A DNA stretch of 64,000 bases from Deltaproteobacteria bacterium (GTDB taxonomy: Bacteria; Desulfobacterota; Anaeroferrophillalia; Anaeroferrophillales; Tharpellaceae), in the NCBI GenBank assembly GCA_016938065.1, contig JAFGVI010000026.1:13904-77903 (forward strand), in the 5' to 3' direction. Positions 9,069 through 18,999 of the stretch are shown here, one piece after another. A program made the position numbers and the translations under genes. Below the pieces are notes generated by a model, which saw only the letters and a list, made by a program, of their open reading frames with translations, made no database searches and was not told where the DNA came from. Every line of letters begins with the position of its first letter. Position 1 is the stretch's first letter.

Positions 9069-10091
9069 ATGCGAGTTTTAGTTACAGGCGGCACCGGCTA
9101 TATCGGCAGCCATACAGTTGTTGAACTTTTACAGGCAGGCCACCAGGTTGTAATTATTGATAATCTCAGTAACAGTTCACACCGGGTTCTAGAGAGGATT
9201 GAACATATATGCAGGAAAAAGGTGGAGTTTTACGAAATTGACCTGCGCCATCCTTCGGCTCTGAATGATTTAATGACCCGGAATAAATTTGATGCAGTTA
9301 TTCATTTTGCCGGGCTGAAAGCAGTCGGCGAGTCGGTGGAAAAACCTCTCGCCTATTATGAAAACAATGTCGGCGGCAGCCTTAATCTTTTTCAGGCGAT
9401 GGCGCAATCGGGCATAAAAAATCTGGTTTTCAGCTCTTCGGCAACTGTTTACGGCGATCCCGACAGAGTACCGATCGATGAACATGCGGTCTTGAGACCG
9501 AGCAACCCCTATGGTCGCACAAAGTTGATGATTGAACAAATACTGACCGATCTGCACGCCTCCGACCAACAGTGGAATGTCATTCTGCTGCGCTATTTCA
9601 ATCCGATCGGGGCACATGCAAGCGGTCTGATCGGTGAGGATCCCCGCGACATTCCGAATAATCTTCTACCCTATGTTGCTCAGGTTGCCGGCGGAAGAAG
9701 AGCTCAACTGTCGGTTTTCGGCGACGACTATGAGACCCCGGATGGAACCGGGGTTCGCGACTATATTCATGTTGTTGATCTGGCCCTCGGCCACCTCCGG
9801 GCGCTGGAGAAAATTACGAGTGATCCCGGATTACTCTGCTGCAATCTCGGCACCGGCACCGGTTACAGTGTTCTCGAAGTCGTGAAGACTTTCAGTCGGA
9901 TCTGCGGCATCACCATTCCGTACACTGTCGTTCCCCGGCGGGCTGGAGACATTGCAACCTGCTATGCGGACCCGACTTATGCGCAAAAAACTCTGGGTTG
10001 GGTTGCGGAACGTGATTTGCTTTCAATGTGCGCTGATGCCTGGCGCTGGCAAGAACAGAACCCTGATGGATTTGGAGGAAACAATGATTGA
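9069..10091 (+). CDS. galE: UDP-glucose 4-epimerase
   Basis: VTGGTGYIGSH, HFAGLKAVGES, SSSATVYG, YGRTK and LRYFNPIGAH motifs. Confidence 0.97.
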   Translation: MRVLVTGGTGYIGSHTVVELLQAGHQVVIIDNLSNSSHRVLERIEHICRKKVEFYEIDLRHPSALNDLMTRNKFDAVIHFAGLKAVGESVEKPLAYYENNVGGSLNLFQAMAQSGIKNLVFSSSATVYGDPDRVPIDEHAVLRPSNPYGRTKLMIEQILTDLHASDQQWNVILLRYFNPIGAHASGLIGEDPRDIPNNLLPYVAQVAGGRRAQLSVFGDDYETPDGTGVRDYIHVVDLALGHLRALEKITSDPGLLCCNLGTGTGYSVLEVVKTFSRICGITIPYTVVPRRAGDIATCYADPTYAQKTLGWVAERDLLSMCADAWRWQEQNPDGFGGNND

Positions 10092-10281
10092 TCAAATTGG
10101 TAATGATGCAGGTAGAATCTGGAATGAGCTGGAACTTAACGGCGAAATGACGACAGGGGCTTTGAAAAAGAATTTAAAAATTTCTCCGTTCGACCTCAGT
10201 GTTGCCATCGGCTGGCTCGCCCGGGAGGATAAGGTGGCTCTTTCGCGCAACGGCAACACCATTAAACTGCAATTGAAGTAA
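10084..10281 (+). CDS. Small winged-helix domain protein (DUF2582-like)
   Basis: GGAGG RBS; MIDQIGNDAGRIW...AIGWLAREDK pattern. Confidence 0.85.
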   Translation: MIDQIGNDAGRIWNELELNGEMTTGALKKNLKISPFDLSVAIGWLAREDKVALSRNGNTIKLQLK

Positions 10282-10286
10282 GACTT

Positions 10287-11384
10287 TTGCCGGCCTCCGT
10301 CTATCTTGATTCATGCCTTGCCTATAAGGCGGAAACGATTGCTGAATCCTTACGCCGGGGCTTGTCCGCTCTCAATCTTGAAGATTCCGTAAGAAGTGGA
10401 GATCGCGTACTTCTGAAGCCGAACCTGATTATGGCGAAGGCTCCGGAACTTGCGACCACGACGCATCCGGAGGTGGTGCGTGCCGTCGCCATGGTGCTTA
10501 AAGATTGCGGCGCCCGGCTTTTTCTCGGCGACAGTCCCGGATTTGGCTCGCTTGACCGCTGTCTGGAAAAAAGCGGTTTGCAATCAGTCATGAAGAAGAT
10601 GGATATCGCCAAGGTCTATTTTACTGAAGAGACCACGGTGATGGATAATAATAACCTGATTGCCAAAAAGTTGACTCTGGCAACGGCCGCCTTTGCCTAT
10701 GACAAGATCATCAATCTGCCAAAACTCAAAACTCACTCGATGATGGGTTCAACCCTGGCAGTCAAGAATCTTTTCGGTTTTATTCCGGGATTGATGAAGA
10801 TCAAATGGCATCTGCGGGCAGGTCATAACCGTCAGCTGTTCGCCCGGATCATGCTTGATATCTATCGTCAGGTTACCCCGGTCTGGAATTTTATTGATGG
10901 TATCGTGGCCATGGAAGGGGAGGGTCCCACCGGCGGACAACCTCGGCATTGCGGTTTACTGGCACTTGCGGCCGAAGCCCCGCTGCTCGACTGTCTGGTT
11001 GAAAAATGGAGTGGTCTTTCCGCAATGACGCCGATCAGTCAAGAGGCGCAGAAACTTGGCTGGCTACCGGCAGAGCGGCTTGTCGCCGCGGGTCCGGCCG
11101 CAGCCAGTCCGCTCAGTCCCGCGCTGAAACCGGCTCAGGGAGCAACCCGGGCAACCTTTCCCGGGCAACGTCTCTGGCGTCGCCTGCTGGTGCTGAAACC
11201 TCAGATTACCCGTTCCCGCTGTCAGCTCTGTCGTGTCTGCGTACAGCATTGTCCGGCACAAGCCATGCAATTGCTTAACAACAAAATTGTGATTGACTAT
11301 AAACGCTGCATCCGCTGTTACTGCTGCCAGGAGCTTTGTCCTTACGGAGCCGTGCGTGTCGGTTACGGTCTGGTTTTCTGGTGA
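10287..11384 (+). CDS. DUF362 domain protein with C-terminal 2x[4Fe-4S] domain
   Basis: VLLKPN, TTHPEV, GDSPG, PKLKTH, KNLFG, MEGEGP; two CxxCxxCxxxCP motifs. Confidence 0.9.
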   Translation: MPASVYLDSCLAYKAETIAESLRRGLSALNLEDSVRSGDRVLLKPNLIMAKAPELATTTHPEVVRAVAMVLKDCGARLFLGDSPGFGSLDRCLEKSGLQSVMKKMDIAKVYFTEETTVMDNNNLIAKKLTLATAAFAYDKIINLPKLKTHSMMGSTLAVKNLFGFIPGLMKIKWHLRAGHNRQLFARIMLDIYRQVTPVWNFIDGIVAMEGEGPTGGQPRHCGLLALAAEAPLLDCLVEKWSGLSAMTPISQEAQKLGWLPAERLVAAGPAAASPLSPALKPAQGATRATFPGQRLWRRLLVLKPQITRSRCQLCRVCVQHCPAQAMQLLNNKIVIDYKRCIRCYCCQELCPYGAVRVGYGLVFW

Positions 11385-11424
11385 TAAAAATTCTGGAACC
11401 CCGATCAGAACAAAAGGATTATAA

Positions 11425-12336
11425 ATGAATCGTAAAAATTTAAGCTGTATTGATCTTGACGAGCCTCGCCTTGAAGGTTTTTCCCAGTTTATCAGTGCCT
11501 GGCTCTATCAGGGTGAAGATTTTACTTTCCTGGTTGATCCCGGACCTTTGGCAACCATCCCTTATCTGCTCACGGAACTGAAAAAAAGGGGAGTTACGAA
11601 ACTTGACTATATCCTGCTCACCCATATTCATATCGACCATGCCGGAGGTACGGGAGAACTCTTGAAGGGCTATCCGGAAGCTCAGGTCATCTGCCACCCT
11701 CAAGGCATTAAGCATATGATCGATCCGGAAAAACTCTGGCAGGGTTCACTTAAAGTCTTAGGCTATATGGCGGAAGTTTACGGCGAGATCGTTCCGGTGC
11801 CCGAGGCCAATATCAGTTTTTCTGAAGAGGTCGGCACTACCGGCATTCGCGTTTTTATGACCCCCGGACATGCTCAGCATCATCTCTGTTTTCTGTTTGC
11901 CGATCTGCTCTTTGCCGGCGAGGTTGTCGGCGTGCGCAGTCCGGCACTCAGCGGTATTTATATGCGCCCGGCAACGCCGCCTAAATTCATGCTTGAGGTT
12001 GCACTTGATTCAATTGATCGGATGATTGCTCTGGCTCCCCGCTATCTGGTTATCGCCCACTACGGTCTGGTGGAACCGGCTCTGGAATATCTCAAGATCG
12101 GGCGTAATCAGCTTAATCTCTGGGTCGAAGGGGTCAGGAAAGTCAGCTCAGCCCCTGACAGGGCAGCTACTGATAGCGGGATTGAAGAGAAGCTTTTTGA
12201 ATGGCTTTTGCAGCGCGATGCAAACTATCGCCGGATTAAAGAGTTACCCCCGGAAATTTATGCGCGGGAACGCTATTTTCTCGGCAATACGATGCGCGGC
12301 ATGCAGGATTACCTGGACAGTCAACCAGCGATCTAA
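11425..12336 (+). CDS. MBL-fold metallo-hydrolase
   Basis: THIHIDHAGG, TPGHA and AHYG motifs. Confidence 0.9.
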   Translation: MNRKNLSCIDLDEPRLEGFSQFISAWLYQGEDFTFLVDPGPLATIPYLLTELKKRGVTKLDYILLTHIHIDHAGGTGELLKGYPEAQVICHPQGIKHMIDPEKLWQGSLKVLGYMAEVYGEIVPVPEANISFSEEVGTTGIRVFMTPGHAQHHLCFLFADLLFAGEVVGVRSPALSGIYMRPATPPKFMLEVALDSIDRMIALAPRYLVIAHYGLVEPALEYLKIGRNQLNLWVEGVRKVSSAPDRAATDSGIEEKLFEWLLQRDANYRRIKELPPEIYARERYFLGNTMRGMQDYLDSQPAI

Positions 12337-12370
12337 CGGGAACGGGAAAAATATTCAGACGATAAAATTG

Positions 12371-13333
12371 TCATAGTTCCCGTTCAGTAACAACCTGGTT
12401 TTTGCCGCGCCGTTTCGCCAGATAGAGCGCATCGTCGGCTCGCTTTATGAGTGAGTCGACATCATCATCGGCGGCAAAATTTGCAACACCGATGCTGACG
12501 GTAATCTGCAGCGTAACTCCGGTTTTTCTGCTGGTCAAGGTACTTTGCGCCAGCATCTTGATTATTTTATTGCCGGCTTGAACCGCTTGATCAATATCGA
12601 TTGAAGGCAGCAGGCAAATAAACTCCTCACCGCCGAAACGCGCCGGAAAATCTGAATCACGCAGATTCTGACGTAAAAAAGAGCCGAGTCCCTTGAGAAT
12701 GCCGTCGCCGACCTGATGGCCATATTCGTCGTTGACATTTTTGAAATCATCAATGTCGATCAACAGCAGACTGAAGGTCTGATTATAGCGTTTGGCCCGG
12801 GAATGTTCCTCTGAAAGCCGGCTGAAAAGGGCCCGGCGATTACAAAGGCCGGTCAGCTCATCGATAGTTGCCATATCGGCAACTTCTTCCATTTTTTTCT
12901 GCAGACGTTTAACAGTTTCCTGAGCATCAATAATATTACTGTGAATCGCCTTGTTGTTATCGATGACAATGCCCAGTTCCTCTGCAATTTCCCGCTTCAA
13001 TTGAGCAAGGTCAGTGATGTTTCCGTATGCTTTAAGATTCAACAGATGATTATCGAGTTGAGCACAGTGGTTACCGGTAACCTGATCAAGTTTATCGATC
13101 ATCGTCGATAACTCTTTCATGATTCTCAGGCTCTGATCCTGGTGGTTACTTGCCTCTTTAAAATCACCCTGCCGCTGTTCTTCAATGATTTCCTGTGACT
13201 CTTTATCTGTAGAGGAGAGAAAACGGTAAAAGTGACGCGAATAGATATCCGGCAACATCGGTATCCGATGTTCAACCATATGGTGCAGGGTTTTTTTGGC
13301 AACCCGCGCAACGGTGAGATAAAAACGTTCCAT
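12371..13333 (-). CDS. Diguanylate cyclase (GGDEF) with N-terminal coiled-coil region
   Basis: DELTGL.NRR, DIDDFK, RDSD I-site, RFGGEEF and AD.ALY.AK. Confidence 0.95.
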   Translation of the reverse strand: MERFYLTVARVAKKTLHHMVEHRIPMLPDIYSRHFYRFLSSTDKESQEIIEEQRQGDFKEASNHQDQSLRIMKELSTMIDKLDQVTGNHCAQLDNHLLNLKAYGNITDLAQLKREIAEELGIVIDNNKAIHSNIIDAQETVKRLQKKMEEVADMATIDELTGLCNRRALFSRLSEEHSRAKRYNQTFSLLLIDIDDFKNVNDEYGHQVGDGILKGLGSFLRQNLRDSDFPARFGGEEFICLLPSIDIDQAVQAGNKIIKMLAQSTLTSRKTGVTLQITVSIGVANFAADDDVDSLIKRADDALYLAKRRGKNQVVTEREL

Positions 13334-13511
13334 GTCTAAGGTAAACTCTGGTGCGGGGCAATAATATTGCTATTTTGCCGCCTCTTTGTTAAATTGTTAG
13401 GCTGAAAATATTATGCCGTCTTTATAGTTAGTTATGAGCCTGCCGTCAAGAAAATAACCTATGTAAACTATTTTGCCGCGGCTCAACTCTCTTTTTCTGA
13501 GAACAATCGTT

Positions 13512-15206
13512 ATGGATATCTTTCACATTGATCGAACCTATCGCAATATCAGACGCTATCGTCAGATTGTCTCGGTTTTTATCAAATACGGTTTCGGCGG
13601 TCTTTTAGAGCAACTTGATCTTGACTACTATCTGGCGCTGGGTAAAAGTCTGATCACTCTGCAGCACATCAAGCGTGACGATCTGATTCGTTTCTCCAAG
13701 GCTGAGCGCCTGCGGCTGGCCCTTGAAGAACTGGGCCCGACCTTTGTCAAACTGGGACAGCTCCTCTCAACCAGACCCGACCTGGTCTCTCCGGATATTC
13801 TGCTCGAACTGCGCAAACTTCAGGACAAGGTCCCGGGATTCTCTTTTGCCGAAGCAGAAGAACAAATCAAAACTTCAATCGGCTCTCCGCTGACAGAAGT
13901 TTTTAAGGAGTTTTCCCGGGAACCGGTTGCCGCGGCTTCAATTTCACAAGTGCATCGAGCCCGGCTTCGAGACGGAAGCGATGTTGCCGTTAAAGTGCAG
14001 CGACCGGAAATCGAAGAAATGATCGCCACCGACATTGACATTATGTTCACCCTGGCCCAACTGGCCACGAAACATATAAGCGAGCTTGAGCCCTATCAAC
14101 CGCTTCTCCTGGTCCGGGAATTTGCCAAAAATATTCGTCTCGAACTTGATTTTCAGGTTGAAGGACGCAATATTGATCGTTTCGCCAAAAACTTTGCCGA
14201 TGATCCCACCGTACACATTCCCACGGTCTACTGGCAGCAGAGCAGCAGCAAGGTTTTAACCCTTGAATGGATTGACGGTATCAAAGTTGATGAATTGGAC
14301 CTAAGCGGGGAGAGTGCCTTCGATCCGCTTGTTCTGGCGGCCAATGGCGCCGACTTTGTTCTGCGCCAAATTCTGGAATTCGGTCTTTTTCATGGTGACC
14401 CTCATCCTGGAAACCTCTTTGTCCTCCCCGGAAATGTTATCGCCCCCATAGATTTCGGGCTTGTCGGCCGCCTTGACGATGAGTTGGCCAGCGCCTTGCT
14501 CGATCTACTCATATCTCTGTTAAAACAGGATGTTCAGGGTCTGCTGCGAGTTATGTTCAGAATCGGAGTCGTGGATGAAGAGAAGATAAATTTGAGAGAA
14601 TTAAGGGCTGATCTCTTTGATCTGCTGGATCGTTATGTCGGGGTTTCTCTAAAAAATCTTCGCCTGCATAATCTGGTGAAGGATTTTATGCGGATTGTCA
14701 GCTTTCATCAGATTCGCTTTTTGCCGGATTTTATGCTTTTACTGCGGGTTTTGCTTTCAGTCGAGACAACCGCCCGCCAACTTGATCCCGATTTTGATTT
14801 TGTCACTCACGCCGCACCTCTGGTCGAAAAACTGGCGGAAAAAAGGTTTTCTGCGGAACATCTGCAAAAAATTGTCCGATCACAGTTGCGCGAGCTTTCA
14901 TCCCTGCTTGAAGTTATTCCGGGTGCGACCCGCGACATTCTAAAAAAATTAAGTCGCGGTCATCTTCGTTTTGAATTCGAGCATTTAGGCCTCGACCTTT
15001 TCAGCAAGAATCTCGACCGAATTGCCAACCGCATCTCTTTTACGATGGTGGTATCAGCAATCATTATCGCCTCCTCCCTGATCATGTCGGCCGATAACGG
15101 CTTTAAGATATTCGGTTATCCATTACTGGGAATTATCGGCTATATTCTGGCTGGAGGCCTGGGCACCTGGCTGGCAATCGCAATTCTGCGATCGGGAAAA
15201 ATGTAA
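13512..15206 (+). CDS. ABC1/UbiB/AarF family atypical kinase
   Basis: LGPTFVKLGQ, AAASISQVH, AVKVQRP, FHGDPHPGN and DFG; C-terminal TM helices. Confidence 0.93.
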   Translation: MDIFHIDRTYRNIRRYRQIVSVFIKYGFGGLLEQLDLDYYLALGKSLITLQHIKRDDLIRFSKAERLRLALEELGPTFVKLGQLLSTRPDLVSPDILLELRKLQDKVPGFSFAEAEEQIKTSIGSPLTEVFKEFSREPVAAASISQVHRARLRDGSDVAVKVQRPEIEEMIATDIDIMFTLAQLATKHISELEPYQPLLLVREFAKNIRLELDFQVEGRNIDRFAKNFADDPTVHIPTVYWQQSSSKVLTLEWIDGIKVDELDLSGESAFDPLVLAANGADFVLRQILEFGLFHGDPHPGNLFVLPGNVIAPIDFGLVGRLDDELASALLDLLISLLKQDVQGLLRVMFRIGVVDEEKINLRELRADLFDLLDRYVGVSLKNLRLHNLVKDFMRIVSFHQIRFLPDFMLLLRVLLSVETTARQLDPDFDFVTHAAPLVEKLAEKRFSAEHLQKIVRSQLRELSSLLEVIPGATRDILKKLSRGHLRFEFEHLGLDLFSKNLDRIANRISFTMVVSAIIIASSLIMSADNGFKIFGYPLLGIIGYILAGGLGTWLAIAILRSGKM

Positions 15207-15295
15207 ACCGGACCGGAACAAGCCGTCTGAAAAAATCTCAAGCATGCCGGACCTCTGGTTTAAAGGGTTGATAAACCGTCACTTTCACCAATTAT

Positions 15296-16699
15296 TCATC
15301 GCTCGGATAACTTTTCGGTGACATAATTCTTGACTGCAGTTGTTTGCGCTTCGACAAGCTCAAAACGGCAGGGGAGTTCCGCCAGTGCGGCAATTTCCGG
15401 CGGCGCCGCCGGAAACACGCCGATGGCCTCTTTGACGGCGTCGGGAAACTTCGCCGGATGGGCTGTTGCCAGACAGACAATGGAGGAGGTGACCGAATTG
15501 CGCCGCTGAAGCTCCCGGGCGGCCCGGACTCCGGTTGCGCTATGCGGATCCAGAGTGTAACCGGTTTTATCCCAGGTATCTTTAATAGTTGACAGAATGG
15601 CTTGATCGTCTACGCGACAACTGGAAAAATCCCTGGCTGTTTCAGCGGAAAGAGCCGCGCTTACCTTGATTTCTCCTGAAGTTGTAAATTCTGCCATCAT
15701 CTCTTTGAGTTTTGCCGCATTACAGTCATTAAGATAGTAGAGATAGCGCTCAAAATTACTGGCCAGCTGAATATCCATTGACGGACTCAGGGTTGGCGTG
15801 ACGGTTGCTCGCTGATAGATACCGCTTCTGATAAAACGGTGCAAGATATCATTGGCATTGGTGGCAAGGAGCAGTTTTTTAATCGGCAAACCCATCTTCT
15901 TTGCCATCCAGCCGGCAAAAATATTGCCGAAATTACCGGTAGGCACGACAACCGTGAAATCTTTGCGCGCCTCCGGCGGCAGTTGACTGAAGGCACTGAA
16001 ATAGTAGACAATCTGGGCCATGATCCGGGCCCAGTTGATGGAGTTGACTGCCCCCAGATGAAAACTGTGTTTGAATTCGAGATCGGCAAAAAGTTCTTTG
16101 ACAATCCGCTGACCATCATCGAAATTTCCCTTGATTGCCAGATTGAAAACGTTATCATCCAGCACTGAGGTCATCTGTTTTTCCTGAACCGGACTGACCT
16201 TGCCGTGGGGATAGAGAATAAAAATATTGATATTTTCCTTGCCCCGAACCCCATGGATTGCGGCACTGCCGGTATCGCCGGAAGTGGCGCCGATAATGTT
16301 CAGTTTGCTTTTTTCACGAAGCAGCAGGTATTCAAAGAGATTGCCCAGAAACTGCAGGGCAACATCTTTGAAGGCAAACGTCGGTCCGTGAAAAAGCTCA
16401 TGAATGTAGATATCGTCGACTTTTTGCAGAGGCACAACTTTTTTATGGGAAAAGGTGGCATAGCTGGCTTCGATCAGTGCAGACAAGGTTGGCGCTGGAA
16501 TATCATCCCCAATAAATCGAGAAAAGATGGCCATGGCCAATTCGGTGTAGGAGAGATCGGTTAAGGCCGCGATCTCAGAGGTTGAGAAAACGGGAATGCT
16601 CTCCGGCAAAAGCAGGCCGCCATCGCTGGCCAGCCCCATCATTACCGCCTGATTGAACGATACAGGGTCGATCCCGCCCCGGGTACTGATATATTTCAT
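15296..16699 (-). CDS. thrC: Threonine synthase
   Basis: ELFHGPTFAFKD, ATSGDTGSAA, NSINWARI, VPTGNFGN and TAHPAKF motifs. Confidence 0.97.
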   Translation of the reverse strand: MKYISTRGGIDPVSFNQAVMMGLASDGGLLLPESIPVFSTSEIAALTDLSYTELAMAIFSRFIGDDIPAPTLSALIEASYATFSHKKVVPLQKVDDIYIHELFHGPTFAFKDVALQFLGNLFEYLLLREKSKLNIIGATSGDTGSAAIHGVRGKENINIFILYPHGKVSPVQEKQMTSVLDDNVFNLAIKGNFDDGQRIVKELFADLEFKHSFHLGAVNSINWARIMAQIVYYFSAFSQLPPEARKDFTVVVPTGNFGNIFAGWMAKKMGLPIKKLLLATNANDILHRFIRSGIYQRATVTPTLSPSMDIQLASNFERYLYYLNDCNAAKLKEMMAEFTTSGEIKVSAALSAETARDFSSCRVDDQAILSTIKDTWDKTGYTLDPHSATGVRAARELQRRNSVTSSIVCLATAHPAKFPDAVKEAIGVFPAAPPEIAALAELPCRFELVEAQTTAVKNYVTEKLSER

Positions 16700-16767
16700 A
16701 AGTGAAAAATTCCGCTCTTACGTCGCAAATCTAATGAATAAGCTCATAGTTGCAATTATAGTTTATT

Positions 16768-17802
16768 TCAGCGTACTGAAAATTCATGCACCGCATCAAT
16801 CATCGCTCTGGCATGATCAATCGGGGTGGTCGGTAAAATACCGTGACCGAGATTGAAGATATGGCCGTTACGGTTTTCAGCCTGAGCAAGGATTCTTTTT
16901 ACCCGTTTTCTGATTTCGGGAATGGGGGCGAAGAGGGCAACCGGTTCAAAATTTCCCTGCACCCCGCGATCATATCCGATGCTTTCCCAGGCTTTTTTAA
17001 GATCCTGCCGCCAGTCAAGACCAATGATGTCGCCGCCGGCGGCAACCACCTGAGGCAACAGGGTCGAGGCCTGATTGGCAAAATGGATTTTGGGAACATC
17101 GTAGATATCAAGAGCGGCAAAGATTTTACGGTTATAGGGAAAAACATACTCTTCGTAATCAAGCGGTCCAAGACAGCCCACCCAGCTGTCAAAGAGCTGA
17201 ACAACCTGAGCCCCGGCCTCTATCTGGGCCTTCAGGTAGGAGATAACTGTATCCGTAATCATCGCCATCAGCTTATGGTAGACTTCAGGATTGGCATACA
17301 TCAGGGTTTTGACATGCTGGTACTGTTTGGAGCCTCCGCCTTCAACCAGATAGCTGGCCAGGGTGAAAGGCGCACCGGAGAAACCGATCAACGGCACTTT
17401 ACCTTCGAGCTCACGGCGCAAGATGCGAATCGCGTCCATCACAAAAGGTACGGCTTCTGCCGCCTCTATGACATGCAGACTCTCAAGATCTTGAGCTGAT
17501 CGGATGGGCCTGTCGACCACCGGACCACGGCCCTCATGAAATTCGATGGCCGAACCCATGGCTTCAACAGGCACAAGAATATCAGAAAAGAGAATAGCAG
17601 CATCAATTTCCATACGCCGTAAGGGTTGCAGGGTAACCTCAACCGCCAATTCCGGGGTTTTGCACATCTCCCAGAAAGAGTGTTTTTCCCGTAGAGCCCG
17701 ATATTCGGGCAGATAACGGCCCGCCTGGCGCATCATCCAGACCGGAGTACAATCTACATCCTGACGTCGGCAGGCGCGTAAAAAGCGATAATCATTTTTC
17801 AT
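16768..17802 (-). CDS. hemE: Uroporphyrinogen decarboxylase
   Basis: PVWMMRQAGRYLPEY, FSDIL, GFSGAPFTLASY and IFNLGHG motifs. Confidence 0.96.
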   Translation of the reverse strand: MKNDYRFLRACRRQDVDCTPVWMMRQAGRYLPEYRALREKHSFWEMCKTPELAVEVTLQPLRRMEIDAAILFSDILVPVEAMGSAIEFHEGRGPVVDRPIRSAQDLESLHVIEAAEAVPFVMDAIRILRRELEGKVPLIGFSGAPFTLASYLVEGGGSKQYQHVKTLMYANPEVYHKLMAMITDTVISYLKAQIEAGAQVVQLFDSWVGCLGPLDYEEYVFPYNRKIFAALDIYDVPKIHFANQASTLLPQVVAAGGDIIGLDWRQDLKKAWESIGYDRGVQGNFEPVALFAPIPEIRKRVKRILAQAENRNGHIFNLGHGILPTTPIDHARAMIDAVHEFSVR

Positions 17803-17939
17803 CTTGTCATAACTCCTGTAAAAGCATATATGAGATTTCTTCGAGTGGGCAGGCCTCTGCCGTTATCTTCTATTAACCAGCAGCCCGTCACTAACATAAT
17901 CGACCATTCCATTCAAGAAAATTCAATTTCACCGTACTC

Positions 17940-18812
17940 ATGGAGGTAACCAGCTTGAACCCTAATCTTGAACTGACCCCTCAATTCTGGCGTGATTATG
18001 TCTTGTCACGCAAACGCTCTCTGCCCCGCAAAAATATTGCAACCGGCAAAAAATGGGATCAGATGGCTGAACATTACCACACTTTTGAAGAGGATGAATC
18101 ATTCGTTGCCGAACAGCAGTGGATTAAAACAGGCTTAATCCAGCGGGGCATGCTGAATCCCGATCAGGAAATTATTGATATTGCCTGCGGCCCGGGCACC
18201 CATTGTTTCGATTTTGCCAGAAGCTGCCGTCATGTCACGGCTGTCGATGTTTCAAGCAAGATGATTGAACAGGTGAGGTTGCGGCAAAAAAAAGAGCAGG
18301 TTGATAACCTGACAGTCATCTGTCATGATTTTTATGATTTTCAGCCGCAGCAGCAGTATGATACAGTTTTTGTCTCAATGAGTCCCATTTTGAATGAGCT
18401 TGAAAGCGTCGATCGTCTGCTGAAAATGAGCCGGCGCAATCTGGTTTTGATCTACTGGGCCGGGGTTCGCGATAATCCGCTTTTCCAGAACTGTTTTAAG
18501 ATGATCTATGATGAAGCATATCAGTGGGATGCTATGGATATAACGACTATTTTCAACTATCTCAATGCTCTGGGCTACTCACCGGAGATCACCTATCTGC
18601 ATCCACTGTGGAAACGCCATGAAACGCTGGCGCATACGGTTGAACATCTGATCTGGCATCTTGAATTTTACCGCTCTCTGAGTGACGCTGAGAAAAAAAA
18701 GGTTTACGACCTGACGGCCCTTGAAGCCGACTCTCAGGGAATGGTGACCTATCTTACCCGGGTGCGTAAAGGAGCGCTCTTTCTTGATTTGGAAGCCGGC
18801 CGTAAGTTTTGA
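17940..18812 (+). CDS. Class I SAM-dependent methyltransferase
   Basis: IIDIACGPG, VTAVDVS and YDTVF motifs. Confidence 0.85.
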   Translation: MEVTSLNPNLELTPQFWRDYVLSRKRSLPRKNIATGKKWDQMAEHYHTFEEDESFVAEQQWIKTGLIQRGMLNPDQEIIDIACGPGTHCFDFARSCRHVTAVDVSSKMIEQVRLRQKKEQVDNLTVICHDFYDFQPQQQYDTVFVSMSPILNELESVDRLLKMSRRNLVLIYWAGVRDNPLFQNCFKMIYDEAYQWDAMDITTIFNYLNALGYSPEITYLHPLWKRHETLAHTVEHLIWHLEFYRSLSDAEKKKVYDLTALEADSQGMVTYLTRVRKGALFLDLEAGRKF

Positions 18813-18861
18813 TGATTTACCGACTTAAAATCTTTATCACGGCCGGAAACTTTAAACTGTA

Positions 18862-18890
18862 TTGACTTTATCTTCTTTTATTTGTACTAT
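18862..18890 (+). promoter_or_regulatory. Sigma70 promoter of the flavodiiron protein gene
   Basis: TTGACT-17 nt-TACTAT. Confidence 0.7.
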
Positions 18891-18999
18891 AGTCAAAGTT
18901 GTATTTTTGCAGACTGCTTGAGGATATTGTTGCACAAAAAATTATCCTGAATATTCAAAGGTAAAAGTTTTTCCGGCAGCGCCGAAAGGGGAGGAATAG

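Noticed and set aside
15223..15232. GCCGTCTGAA (Neisseria DNA uptake sequence)
   Set aside because: Only one copy noticed in an unrelated lineage; consistent with chance
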